This document shows, one piece after another, positions 51,275-61,174 of a stretch of 64,000 nt of DNA. The translations under genes and the position numbers were made by a program. The DNA lies in assembly GCA_032161105.1 (NCBI GenBank), contig JAVHTD010000004.1. The stretch is one strand, 5' to 3'. Every line of letters starts with the position of its first letter. The first letter of the stretch is position 1. Source of the DNA: Candidatus Thermosaccharophagus tengchongensis (lineage in GTDB: Bacteria; Armatimonadota; Fervidibacteria; Fervidibacterales; Thermosaccharophagaceae). The notes under the pieces were generated by a model that was not told the DNA's origin, made no database searches, and worked only from the letters and a program-made list of their open reading frames with translations.

Positions 51275-52162
51275 TCACCTTGTAAGCTCAAGCCATAGCG
51301 CCCTGTAGTAGCGCATCAGGCGAAGCGCGTCCGGGCTTTCCGGTATTTCGGCGAGCGTGAATCTGTCGTAGCCAGATGCCTTGAGCAAAGCGAAGAGCTC
51401 GCGCCATGGATAATCCTCACGCCAAAGCTCATTTATATGCACCGACTTGATGTATGGGCGAAGCAACTCAAAGTATTCCCTGACAGAGCCGTCTTTCACA
51501 TCCGTGTTGTTGGAATTCCAGCAGACGCCAACATTGTGCGCCTCGCAGCTCTCCATGATTTTGCGTATGTGCGGCGGATGAGAAGTCCCCTGCCCATGAA
51601 CCTCAAGCCAAATCTCAACGCCATAGTCGGCTGCGAAATTGCCGCACTCGGTTAATGCCCTCCCTATCTGCTCAAGTGTTTTCTCAACCGGCACACCCTT
51701 GGGAAGAGCGTTTGGGCGCACCTTTACGCCCCTTGCCCCAATGTCCTTTGCGAGCACAACAAATGCCTTGCACATCTCAATGTTGCGCCTGACCTCATCC
51801 TGGTTTGGCGAGTGAAACTCGCAGACTGTCCCGAGCCCCCAAAGGACTATGCCGCTATCCTCAAACATCTTTCGCACTTCAATGCGGCGCTGCTGGCTGA
51901 TATCGGGCTCAACACCATGCTTATGAGTTGTGCGCAACTCAACGCCATCAAACTTCGCCTCACGGCAGTTCTTGATTATTGTCGGCAAGTCCCAATCCTT
52001 AGCCAAGTTGTAAGTGACCAACCCTAAGCGCATCCCTCTCACCCCCGCCTTGTCGTGCTCAACTGATGCTCCAGCCCATGTCCCCTGTGGCAATCCGCAT
52101 AACCACGCCACACTTATGCCAACTGCCCCACCGACGAAATTCCTCCTCGTCACGCGGCGCAT
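51275..52162 (-). CDS. Tat-exported sugar phosphate isomerase/epimerase (AP_endonuc_2 TIM barrel)
   Basis: TRRNFV signal, GVELR, LEVHG, VHINE. Confidence 0.85.
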   Translation of the reverse strand: MRRVTRRNFVGGAVGISVAWLCGLPQGTWAGASVEHDKAGVRGMRLGLVTYNLAKDWDLPTIIKNCREAKFDGVELRTTHKHGVEPDISQQRRIEVRKMFEDSGIVLWGLGTVCEFHSPNQDEVRRNIEMCKAFVVLAKDIGARGVKVRPNALPKGVPVEKTLEQIGRALTECGNFAADYGVEIWLEVHGQGTSHPPHIRKIMESCEAHNVGVCWNSNNTDVKDGSVREYFELLRPYIKSVHINELWREDYPWRELFALLKASGYDRFTLAEIPESPDALRLMRYYRALWLELTR

Positions 52163-52175
52163 GACATAGCGCACC

Positions 52176-53393
52176 TCACTCAAACGATATAAGCGGCGGC
52201 TCAGAATACGCCCTGTAAAATGAGGCGACATTTCCCGACTGCGCATCCCCCTTGTGTATGAAAACTCGGTATCGGAACTTGATTGATGTGCCCCTGTGCA
52301 ATGTGTAACTCCCATCGCCCGAGCCGGTGAAGGAGCGCACACCGAATGGGTTGGCTGCAAATAGCCCATATGTTCTCACATGCCAGTATGTTGGATGGCG
52401 GAAATTCTGAGGATGGTCAAATATGGCGATACCAACTTTATCACCATTGAGAGTGCCACTGTAATCGCACCACTCGGCGCGCTTGCCCCAAGCTTTTGCA
52501 TCTTTGTCACCGCGAGAATTCACAATGCACCCACCGCCACCATCAACCTGAATTGAGCTTGCAACGCGCAATCCGAACATGCCCTCCTTCGTGTCACCAA
52601 ACCTGACATCCACATCAATGGCACGCAACTCCACATTGAAGTCAAGCAACCTCATCCCACTAACACAGTAGACGATCAATTCGCGAATGTCCTCAAGGAG
52701 ACGCTTTCCATCCGGCGCAACCCAATCGCACCTTGCCACAATGCGCCCAAAGACATAACCACCCTCAACAACCTCAAATGAGCGATGGACTATCTTGCCC
52801 GCCTTCCCGCCCTCACTCCAAAAGTCAATCCCATTGACATCGCCAAATGTAAACCACATGGAGCGGTGATGCCGATGGTCAGTGGGTTCCCCGGGGACAT
52901 CGGTGCGCATTGGGAAATGACGGACAACCGCCTTCCCAGTCGGTCCGATCAGCGGATAGCAGTAAGGCTTTGGCGCATCGCCATAGCGATATGCCGTCAC
53001 GAGTTCATCGTTGACATAAATCTCAACCGCATTCTCGGCTCTCTTAACCGCTGCCGTTGGCTTGTCTTTAAGTGCCTTCGTAAAGACAAGCCTATAGCGC
53101 CTCGTCTGACCACGACTCAATTGGCGCTCAATCCACACGAGGTATAACCCATCATTGGAACGCATTATCTGAGCCGGGATGATTTCACCGGATAAGCTGT
53201 CCATCAAAGCAGGGGTGAGCTCACCCCAAACCTTCACCCCATCAAGCCTGATTGACAGCGGCGCTATTGGATAGTCGTTGCTCAAGGCTCGCACAACTAT
53301 TGTTCGCTTACCGTCCACGATATCGCTCGGAAGTTGTGCTGCACCGTAGAGTAGCATCGCAAAGCTGAGCGTCATGGCATTGGTAAAGCACAT
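52176..53393 (-). CDS. Secreted DUF6807 ('PmoA-like') family protein
   Basis: KPYCYPL, DHRHHRSMWF, IDFWSE, DTKEGMFGLRV, WCDYSG, HPQNFRHPTYWHVRTYG. Confidence 0.8.
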   Translation of the reverse strand: MCFTNAMTLSFAMLLYGAAQLPSDIVDGKRTIVVRALSNDYPIAPLSIRLDGVKVWGELTPALMDSLSGEIIPAQIMRSNDGLYLVWIERQLSRGQTRRYRLVFTKALKDKPTAAVKRAENAVEIYVNDELVTAYRYGDAPKPYCYPLIGPTGKAVVRHFPMRTDVPGEPTDHRHHRSMWFTFGDVNGIDFWSEGGKAGKIVHRSFEVVEGGYVFGRIVARCDWVAPDGKRLLEDIRELIVYCVSGMRLLDFNVELRAIDVDVRFGDTKEGMFGLRVASSIQVDGGGGCIVNSRGDKDAKAWGKRAEWCDYSGTLNGDKVGIAIFDHPQNFRHPTYWHVRTYGLFAANPFGVRSFTGSGDGSYTLHRGTSIKFRYRVFIHKGDAQSGNVASFYRAYSEPPLISFE

Positions 53394-53449
53394 ATAGCAT
53401 CACCACCCTCCAGATGATTTTTCCGCCATGCACCCGAGTTTGAATTGCC

Positions 53450-56359
53450 CTACGCTGTGACCTCAGAGCACAGCTCTAAAACTCGCCTCGCATACCTGCG
53501 AACATATGCACGCTCATCTTCAACATGCCTCTTTGGGATATCGGGCATCGGTCTTCCGAGCCTTGCGAGAACTTCGGCAGCTGCAAGCTCAATTTGCCAA
53601 CGGGCATCCTCAATTACCGACTCAATATCTCCCACGCTCACCTGCATCTGGCGTTGTGTTGGCAAATCGTCTCGCCCGAGGAACTGCAAAATTTCGTCGC
53701 ACACCGACCTATCCCCGATCCTACCGAGCGCCCTCAGTGCGGCGATGAGCGCATCAATCGGTGCAGAGCTATCCTTGAGCACGCCGACAATCTCTGGAAC
53801 TGCATTTTGGCATTTCAACCTTCCGAGCATCGCGATGGCTACAACCCATGTCGGCGCTGCTTTCAGCCCCTCGTGCAGCTTCCCACGGCGCTCACGAACA
53901 CAGGCAATCAGCTCCTCAGCTCCATCATCATATCCGAGCATGGCAAGCGCTGCAGCAGCGTAGAAGCGCAATTTTGGCGAGCCACTTTGCAGCGCCCTTT
54001 GCAAGATGACACGAGCACCATCACCATTGTGCGCGAGCACCCACACAGCCTCCTCCGGTTTCTCCGAATACAGAAAGCGCTCACACTCATCAAGCGCATC
54101 CTGTGGAAGTCTCCTCAACACCGCTTCAGGGGAGCGACGAACCTCCTCGGGAAGCCTCAGGCTTAACGGGTTTGGTATGGCGCTGTCATCACCGATCAAG
54201 TTGCGCCTGCGCAATTCTCCCTGAAGTTCGGCAATGTCAACGCCTCTAACGGTTGTGCCGTGCCTCAAAGCAATGATTGATGCAACCGCAGCCACTTCAC
54301 CGAGACGCTGCATGTCACGGAGCATCCTGAACTCATGGTGCGCATCAACGGTGAGAGAGATTGCGCGACATGCCACGAGCAGCCCATCAATTCCCCTTGC
54401 GAGCATGCACCGGTATGGCACTTCACAACCAATGCGCTTCCCCCACTGACCGAGCACCCATGTCCAGAAAATGGCTTCGTCACTCTCATTCTCGTAATCA
54501 AACGAGTGATTGTCGTAGTGAGCCCATGTGTAGCTGACGGCATCCTCAAACTTGCGTCCGACAATTTCGTCGACAAGCGTAAGTTGGTAGTCACCGACTA
54601 TATGCCTGCCCTGCCTTATGCCCAAAAGCGGCGCTATGTAAAGCGGGCGATTCTCTTCGGTGAAGCGCTCACGCCAGTAATGCCTTATGCCCATCCGACG
54701 AGCGCGAGTCATGTCTGTCACATCAGTTGGGTCAACATAGCCTGCATCAATGTTTATGAAGCTCAACCTCCCACTGGCGTCAATAACTCCAACGGGTTGC
54801 GAGTAAGCGTGCAATAGGCAATCGGCATCTCTACCCAGAATGAACTCCGCACCGGCAAACGCAGCAAGATCTCCATCACCAGTGCAATCAATGAACGAGT
54901 GCGCTTGCAATGTGAGAGAGCCATCAACTCCAACTGCCTCAACAGCCTCAATGTGCTTCACATCGCCAACTTGCCTTGTATGTGCGCCGACGATGAGCGT
55001 GAGGAATTTCAAGTCAACGCCTGCTTCAACCGCCATTTGCGTCAGCACAACCTTTTTCGCCTCCGGGTGAAAGCCAACGAAACCCCACCTGCCCGAAAAA
55101 AGCTTTGAGAGCTCATCAACGCGCTCATCAATTTCGTCCTGCAGACCGCCTTTGACACCGTGGTAGTAGGTGTGGATTGCGCCGCCAGTCCCCATCCCGC
55201 CAAGCAGCGAACTCCATTCAAGCAACTTAACGCTTGCCCCCTCCCTCGCCGCCGCTATTGCTGCGATTGCGCCGGCAGTCCCGCCACCAGCTACGGCAAT
55301 GTCCGAGCGCTCATGGCGAGGTTCAAAGCATGGCTTTGCCACATCCAAGTCCTCAAACAGCCTTTCGGCATGCCGCATGCGCGATATCTCTTCGGAAAAA
55401 CGGCTCGCACATGCGCCGGCAAGCTCACCCCATGCGAGTCTGCCAACGACGCCGTTCAATCTATTCCCCAAGCCCTCTTCGCATGCCCACAAGCCAGCCC
55501 CAACGAGATTGATCACATGCGGATGCAAATGCGCCTCCTCACGCTTTGAAGTGCACACGGGGATGTCAACCGAAATGGGTTCATGCCCGGTGTGAGTCAC
55601 GATAGCCTCTGAGAGAGCATCAACCGACTTTCTTGCATGTTCAATTATGCTCGGGACTTTGATCCTGCAAGCTGTTGGAGAAAGCTCGCAGAGCGTGAAC
55701 TCAACGAAAGCCTCACCACGCCACACCGATGGTTGGACAACTACCTCAAGCACGCCGAGGTCGTCCGGGCATCTCAATTGGGCTGGCTGAGTTATCTCGC
55801 GAGCGACATGATTGAATGCTATCACCTGCTTCACGCGCCTTGCATTGTGCGCCTCTAACGAGGCTCCCGCCTGTCGCCAGAGCAATCCATCTTCAGTTGC
55901 ATCAACAAAGACGCTGGCTCTGATCAACCCCCTGCCACCCTTGCATCCAAGAGATGCAGCTGGGGCAATTTTTCGGTCTCCGTCAAAGAGGAGCAACCCT
56001 TCGGGGAACGAAAAAAGCAGCACATCAATGCCAGCTTCATCAAGCCACCTGTCAAGGAGCATCTCAGTGATTGCTGCATCAATTCGCCCGTGACGCAACC
56101 CGCCGACATCCTCCATCTGGCGCGCAAACTGCTTGACGATGGTGAACTCGTTCCCGCTGAGCGCGCCCAACTGGCTCATGTCAAACGAGAGTTCATATGC
56201 CCATGTTATCTCCCAACCGAGCGCTGAGCGCCCCTCAACCACAATGACGCTCTTGCCATCCATTGCTGCCCTCAAAGCCGCCGCAACGCCGCAAAGCCCA
56301 CCGCCAATCACAGCAACATCATAATGCCTTTCAAATGGATCGCGATGCACCGCTACCAC
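53450..56359 (-). CDS. FAD-dependent oxidoreductase with two tandem FAD-binding modules and C-terminal HEAT-like repeats
   Basis: VIGGGLCG...FVDATEDG and VAGGGTAG...FIDCTGDGD, VPYRCM; helical repeats at the C-terminus. Confidence 0.85.
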   Translation of the reverse strand: MVAVHRDPFERHYDVAVIGGGLCGVAAALRAAMDGKSVIVVEGRSALGWEITWAYELSFDMSQLGALSGNEFTIVKQFARQMEDVGGLRHGRIDAAITEMLLDRWLDEAGIDVLLFSFPEGLLLFDGDRKIAPAASLGCKGGRGLIRASVFVDATEDGLLWRQAGASLEAHNARRVKQVIAFNHVAREITQPAQLRCPDDLGVLEVVVQPSVWRGEAFVEFTLCELSPTACRIKVPSIIEHARKSVDALSEAIVTHTGHEPISVDIPVCTSKREEAHLHPHVINLVGAGLWACEEGLGNRLNGVVGRLAWGELAGACASRFSEEISRMRHAERLFEDLDVAKPCFEPRHERSDIAVAGGGTAGAIAAIAAAREGASVKLLEWSSLLGGMGTGGAIHTYYHGVKGGLQDEIDERVDELSKLFSGRWGFVGFHPEAKKVVLTQMAVEAGVDLKFLTLIVGAHTRQVGDVKHIEAVEAVGVDGSLTLQAHSFIDCTGDGDLAAFAGAEFILGRDADCLLHAYSQPVGVIDASGRLSFINIDAGYVDPTDVTDMTRARRMGIRHYWRERFTEENRPLYIAPLLGIRQGRHIVGDYQLTLVDEIVGRKFEDAVSYTWAHYDNHSFDYENESDEAIFWTWVLGQWGKRIGCEVPYRCMLARGIDGLLVACRAISLTVDAHHEFRMLRDMQRLGEVAAVASIIALRHGTTVRGVDIAELQGELRRRNLIGDDSAIPNPLSLRLPEEVRRSPEAVLRRLPQDALDECERFLYSEKPEEAVWVLAHNGDGARVILQRALQSGSPKLRFYAAAALAMLGYDDGAEELIACVRERRGKLHEGLKAAPTWVVAIAMLGRLKCQNAVPEIVGVLKDSSAPIDALIAALRALGRIGDRSVCDEILQFLGRDDLPTQRQMQVSVGDIESVIEDARWQIELAAAEVLARLGRPMPDIPKRHVEDERAYVRRYARRVLELCSEVTA

Positions 56360-56385
56360 CCCCCACTGGACTGCTCACCGCCCGC

Positions 56386-57924
56386 TCATCCATCCGGACG
56401 ACACCCCGATGTTATGCCCTCCACTGGCAGGGCAAATTCATTGTGTTGCCATTCTTCGGAACGCGTCAGCTTGCCTGAGGCGACATCAGCGACAAGCTTG
56501 TAAAGCCGCAGCCCAACTGCACTTATGCTCTCACTGCCCTCGGCTATTACGCTCGCATCCAGGTCAATGTCCATCGGCATCCTCTCCATCAGCTTCCTGT
56601 TGCTGCCGACCTTTATGACGGGCGCTATCGGGCATCCGACTGGAGTTCCCCTGCCAGTGGTGAAGATGACAAGTTGAGCGCCACCGGCGACCATGCCGGT
56701 TATGGATTTAACATCGTGTCCGGGAGTGTCCATGAATATGAGCCCGCGCCCCTTCGGTCTCTCACCGTAGCGCACAACCTCACATAGCGGCGAAGTGCCA
56801 GCCTTCCTTATGCATCCGAGCGACTTCTCCTCAAGCGTCGTCAAGCCGCCCTCAATGTTGCCTCGGGTGATGTATGCACCAGCCTCAGGCGCATCCACCT
56901 TTGCCAACCCTCTTTCAACCCTCTCAACTGTGCGAAGGAAATCATTTGCCACCCTTTCACTCACAGCCCTCGCAGCAACGATGTGCTCACCACCAATCAC
57001 CTCGGCGGTCTCAGAAAACACGACCGTCCCACCAAGCGCAACATGCAAGTCGCATGCATGTCCAACTGCCGGATTGGCAGTCAGACCGGAAAATGCATCC
57101 GAACCGCCACACTCCACAGCGATGGTCAGCTCGCCCATCGGTATGGCTTCTCGGCGAAGCCCCCTTGCCAAAGTCATCATCACGCTCGCAGCCCTGATGC
57201 CCTTCCTGATAGAGCCATCGCTGCCGCCATCATTTTGTATCGTGATGAGCTCAACAGCTTGCCCAGCCATTGCGAGCTCATCGGCAACGGCGACAAAGTC
57301 AACAGTCTCACAACCGAGCGCCACTATGATGACGCCAACCACATTCGGATTTGATGCATAGTTGATGAACATCCTCTTCAAGAACTCATTCTCCGACTCG
57401 CTGAATGTGCACCCGTATGGGTGAGCAACAGAGACTGCGCCATTGACCGACGAGGCAATCCGCTCAGCTACCTTGTTTGCGCACACCACTGTTGGAAGAA
57501 TGAGCACGACATTCCTCGTTGCGCATCTTCCATCGGCTCTCCTGTAGCCCCAAAACTCCCTCGGGACATCCTCCGGGAGCATCACCTCTGCAGGGCGAAC
57601 CTTTCCGACCTCCCTCAATTTGACTCTATGCCCGAAGCCGCGCATCCCGACAAGGTTATGCGTGTGCACATGCTCTCCAACAGCTATGTCCCTTGTCGCC
57701 CTGCCGATCACCTCGCTGTATTTGATGACCGGCTCGCCGGCTTTTATGCGGCGCAAGGCGATCTTGTGTCCGATACGCACATCATCCCTTGCCCTGATGA
57801 ACTCGCGCTTGCAGTTGCCAAGCAGCCTCACCCTTTGACCAGCCATGACTTGTGTCAGCGCCGTGGCAACATTGTCGGCAGCATCAACGACGATAGCCCT
57901 CGGCTCCGTATCCACCACAGCCAC
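56386..57924 (-). CDS. UxaA family sugar-acid dehydratase (SAF + catalytic domain)
   Basis: DNVATAL, GHKIA, HVHTHN, CGGSD, GNIEGGLTTLEEKSLG, FTTGRG. Confidence 0.92.
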   Translation of the reverse strand: MAVVDTEPRAIVVDAADNVATALTQVMAGQRVRLLGNCKREFIRARDDVRIGHKIALRRIKAGEPVIKYSEVIGRATRDIAVGEHVHTHNLVGMRGFGHRVKLREVGKVRPAEVMLPEDVPREFWGYRRADGRCATRNVVLILPTVVCANKVAERIASSVNGAVSVAHPYGCTFSESENEFLKRMFINYASNPNVVGVIIVALGCETVDFVAVADELAMAGQAVELITIQNDGGSDGSIRKGIRAASVMMTLARGLRREAIPMGELTIAVECGGSDAFSGLTANPAVGHACDLHVALGGTVVFSETAEVIGGEHIVAARAVSERVANDFLRTVERVERGLAKVDAPEAGAYITRGNIEGGLTTLEEKSLGCIRKAGTSPLCEVVRYGERPKGRGLIFMDTPGHDVKSITGMVAGGAQLVIFTTGRGTPVGCPIAPVIKVGSNRKLMERMPMDIDLDASVIAEGSESISAVGLRLYKLVADVASGKLTRSEEWQHNEFALPVEGITSGCRPDG

Positions 57925-57950
57925 TCACCTCACTGTATTGAACGAATTTG

Positions 57951-59378
57951 CTAAGCCTCACCGACGATGTGCACCTTGATGAAGTTGGCTTTCCCTTTGA
58001 GCTGCAGAGGTATTCCGGCAACCATGATGACTGTATCGCCACGCTCAACAAACCCGCTTAGGAGCAATCTCTCATCCATCTGCCTTACGAGTTCGTCCGT
58101 GTTGTCAATGTATCCGAGCTGGCACGGCACAACGCCCCAAAGCAAGGAGCAGAACCTGCAAACTGATTCATAGGGCGTGAATGCTATAATCGGTGTCCTC
58201 GGGCGATGCTTGCTCAAGAGGAGCGCCGTTGAGCCGCTCTGAGTGAACACAACTATTGCCTTTGCCTCAAGCTCCTCTGCAGCAACACATGCTGCGCTGC
58301 TTATAGCCTGTGGTATTGCGAGCGACCTCTCAATGCCGGCATGGCTTTGCCCCCTCATTGGCAACCTGAACTGCCACATCACTTCCTCCGCCTTCTGCAT
58401 GAGCCTGTCCATCATTTGCGTCGCTTCAATTGGATATTCGCCAATGGCTGTTTCGCCCGAAAGCATGAGCGCGTCGGCACCATCAAGCGTTGCATTGGCA
58501 ACATCGGAGGCTTCAGCTCTTGTCGGGCGCGGCGACTCCGTCATTGACTCAAGCATTTGAGTTGCGACTATGACCGGCTTGAGCAGCCTGTTTGCCTCGG
58601 AGATGATTTGCTTTTGCAGTATGGGAACATCCTCAGGGGGCATTTCAACCCCGAGGTCACCGCGAGCCACCATCACACCATCACATGCCTCAAGTATTTT
58701 GGTCAAGTTTGCGATTGCGTCCGGGTGCTCAAGCTTCGCTATGATCGGCTGATTGCCACCGAGTGCCTGAACTGCGTTTCTTATGATCTGCACATCCTCA
58801 TCTGAGCGCACAAATGATGCGCCTATGAAATCAACGCCCTCCCTTACGCCCATTGAGAGTTCGTCAAACTCATCGTCTTCAATGATTGGGACTGCCAAGC
58901 GCACTCCCGGGACATTGATTCCCTTCCTTGACTTGAGCACGCCGCCACGAATGACTTCGCAGCGAACTCGCACGCCATCGGTCTCCTTGACCACAAGCTC
59001 AATCTTACCGTCATCAATGAGCAGCCTTTGACCAGCCCTAACTGATATGGCAAGGTATGGCGATTGAATCGGTATCTCACCGGCGCCAAGATGCGCCTCC
59101 GAGACAAGCGTTACAGAATCGCCCTGATGCAGCTTTACCTCGCTTTCCAAGTCGCCAACTCGCATCCTCGGTCCACGAAGGTCAAACAGCACAGCCACAT
59201 GCTTCCCCAGCTTACTTGAAGCTTCCCTTACAAGCCTTATCATTTCAACATGTTCATCAGCCGTTCCGTGCGAGCAGTTAATGCGAGCCACATCCATACC
59301 GGCGCGAATCAGCTGCTCAATGCGCTCCTTTGAGAATGTCGCAGGTCCGAGTGTGCATACGATTTTTGTGCGGCGCAC
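57951..59378 (-). CDS. pyk: Pyruvate kinase
   Basis: RRTKIVCTLGP, MVARGDLGVE, ATQMLESM, PTRAE. Confidence 0.98.
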   Translation of the reverse strand: MRRTKIVCTLGPATFSKERIEQLIRAGMDVARINCSHGTADEHVEMIRLVREASSKLGKHVAVLFDLRGPRMRVGDLESEVKLHQGDSVTLVSEAHLGAGEIPIQSPYLAISVRAGQRLLIDDGKIELVVKETDGVRVRCEVIRGGVLKSRKGINVPGVRLAVPIIEDDEFDELSMGVREGVDFIGASFVRSDEDVQIIRNAVQALGGNQPIIAKLEHPDAIANLTKILEACDGVMVARGDLGVEMPPEDVPILQKQIISEANRLLKPVIVATQMLESMTESPRPTRAEASDVANATLDGADALMLSGETAIGEYPIEATQMMDRLMQKAEEVMWQFRLPMRGQSHAGIERSLAIPQAISSAACVAAEELEAKAIVVFTQSGSTALLLSKHRPRTPIIAFTPYESVCRFCSLLWGVVPCQLGYIDNTDELVRQMDERLLLSGFVERGDTVIMVAGIPLQLKGKANFIKVHIVGEA

Positions 59379-59499
59379 AGGTCCTCACCCCGTCAACCGG
59401 AGAGGCAAACAGAAATTGCGCCCAATAGCTGTTGCAGTGTAAAATGATAACCGTGAACGACGGGGCGAGCAAATCGGGCAAGGAGGGTGAGCTGCAATT

Positions 59500-60051
59500 G
59501 TGACGGAGCTTAACCGCCTATCGGCATCAAGGGCAGCGCTGATCCGGCACTTGGTGAGTGCCAAATTCGCACTCACGCTCCTCTTGTTGAGCGCATGCAG
59601 GTCTCCAACGAGAGTAACCACCATAAAGCCAACGGTTGAAGGGGCAACACAATCAGCAGAGCCATACAAAGCTGCTGTGGTGGAAGAAGCTGGGGCAGAA
59701 AAGTGGGTGCAAAAGGCTTTCACGGAAGCCGAACTCGGGATTAAACTCTACCCGAAGGCGAAGCCGATAGAGAGGGACTCATTTGAAACGCTCATCCCAT
59801 CACAACTGAAGGGCTACATGCGCCACTACATCCATGCCGCTTACGAGACCACCGACAGCTACAGCCAAGTGCTCACATGGTATCTCGCGGAGTTGAAGGG
59901 GCTGAATGTGAAGGTTGAGGAGTTTAAGGCAAGCAACGGGATGAACGCAATCTTGCGAATTGATGGTGAGACCGATAAGTGGCTGATCAGCTTGCAACAG
60001 CTTGAAGGCAAGCACGGCACGCTGATCGTGATTAAGCGTGTCAGCTATTAG
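59500..60051 (+). CDS. Putative lipoprotein
   Basis: Lipobox LLSAC after a hydrophobic stretch; LGIKLYP. Confidence 0.7.
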   Translation: MTELNRLSASRAALIRHLVSAKFALTLLLLSACRSPTRVTTIKPTVEGATQSAEPYKAAVVEEAGAEKWVQKAFTEAELGIKLYPKAKPIERDSFETLIPSQLKGYMRHYIHAAYETTDSYSQVLTWYLAELKGLNVKVEEFKASNGMNAILRIDGETDKWLISLQQLEGKHGTLIVIKRVSY

Positions 60052-60236
60052 GTGTTGGGACCATCTCAAGTTGTTAGCCAGCAAAACAAAGCAGCTCACT
60101 TACCCTACCCCTTCGCTGCAAGTGGGCAAAGCCTGCCCGACAAACCCCTCGTCCGAATCGGCGGCTTATCTGGTCGCCCTTGATTGACCTCGCTAAAATT
60201 CTGTGAGGACACACCCGATGGGAGGGGTGAATCGCA

Positions 60237-61007
60237 GTGGGCGACAGAGTGCTCGCCTTTATGGCGCATCCTGACGATGCGGAGTTCCTTTGTGCTGGCA
60301 CACTCGCCTTATTGCATGAGCGCGGTTATGAAGTGCACATTGCCACGATGACCGCAGGTGATGGCGGCTCAACCGAACTCCCGCCGGAGGAGATAGCACG
60401 CATAAGGCTCGGTGAAGCTGAGCGCTCAGCGGCGCTGCTCAACGGAAAATACCACTGTGCTGGGTTTAAGGATTTCCTCGTCACGGTTAACGACGCGAGC
60501 ATTAAACGGGCAGTTGAGCTGATGAGACAAGTTGACCCGCTCATCGTCTTCACACATCATCCAGGTGACTACATGCTTGATCACGAGATGACAAGCATAC
60601 TCGTAAGGCACGCATGCTTCTGCGCCGGTGCGCCGAACATGAAGACTGACCATTTCCCTTCGGCAATGCCGACCGGGCGCATTCCGTATCTCTACTACTG
60701 CATGCCGATTGAAGGTATAGACCACTTTGGGAATGAGGCGCCAATGAACATATTCGTTGACATCACATCCGTCATGGAGCTGAAGGGGAACATGCTCAAG
60801 TGCCATGAGAGCCAGAGGCAATGGCTGTTAAAGCACCATAAGGTGGATGAGTATGTTGAACGCATGCGTCATTGGGCAATGCAAGCCGGCAGGAAGATTG
60901 GGGTTGAATTTGCCGAGTGCTTCGTCCAGCATCGTGGGCATGCCTTCCCTAAGGACAACATTCTCGCGAAACTGCTAAACGGCATTGTGGTTGAGGTGCA
61001 GCGATAA
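60237..61007 (+). CDS. PIG-L family deacetylase
   Basis: AHPDDAE, TAGDGG, DYMLDHE, HESQ. Confidence 0.93.
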   Translation: MGDRVLAFMAHPDDAEFLCAGTLALLHERGYEVHIATMTAGDGGSTELPPEEIARIRLGEAERSAALLNGKYHCAGFKDFLVTVNDASIKRAVELMRQVDPLIVFTHHPGDYMLDHEMTSILVRHACFCAGAPNMKTDHFPSAMPTGRIPYLYYCMPIEGIDHFGNEAPMNIFVDITSVMELKGNMLKCHESQRQWLLKHHKVDEYVERMRHWAMQAGRKIGVEFAECFVQHRGHAFPKDNILAKLLNGIVVEVQR

Positions 61008-61174
61008 CGGCAACCGGTGCAAAGTTGCCAAGGGCGCTTTCAACGCTTGAACTTTGTAGGCAACGCTTGGTTCGCAACCTGAAGGCGCAGCAATGTATCG
61101 CTAACTCAGTTGCTACTGCACATCAATCGCGGAATGATGTGAAAGCCAAATGAACGGCGCGGAGGTGAGGCAGC

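Noticed and set aside
52176..53393. Methane monooxygenase, from the 'PmoA' family label
   Set aside because: Soluble secreted protein with no pmoB/pmoC nearby; the label does not imply methanotrophy
9816..57954. Long antisense ORFs (e.g. 9816-10559, 35086-35724, 36625-37233, 53525-54166, 56795-57361)
   Set aside because: Shadow frames of well-supported genes with no recognisable motifs
60105..60172. c-di-GMP-I riboswitch-like string (AGTGGGCAAAGCC...AAACC...GGCGGCTTA)
   Set aside because: Lacks the GGCAAAC/GNRA first stem and lies upstream of the likely -10 (TAAAAT near 60194); Rfam cmscan would settle it
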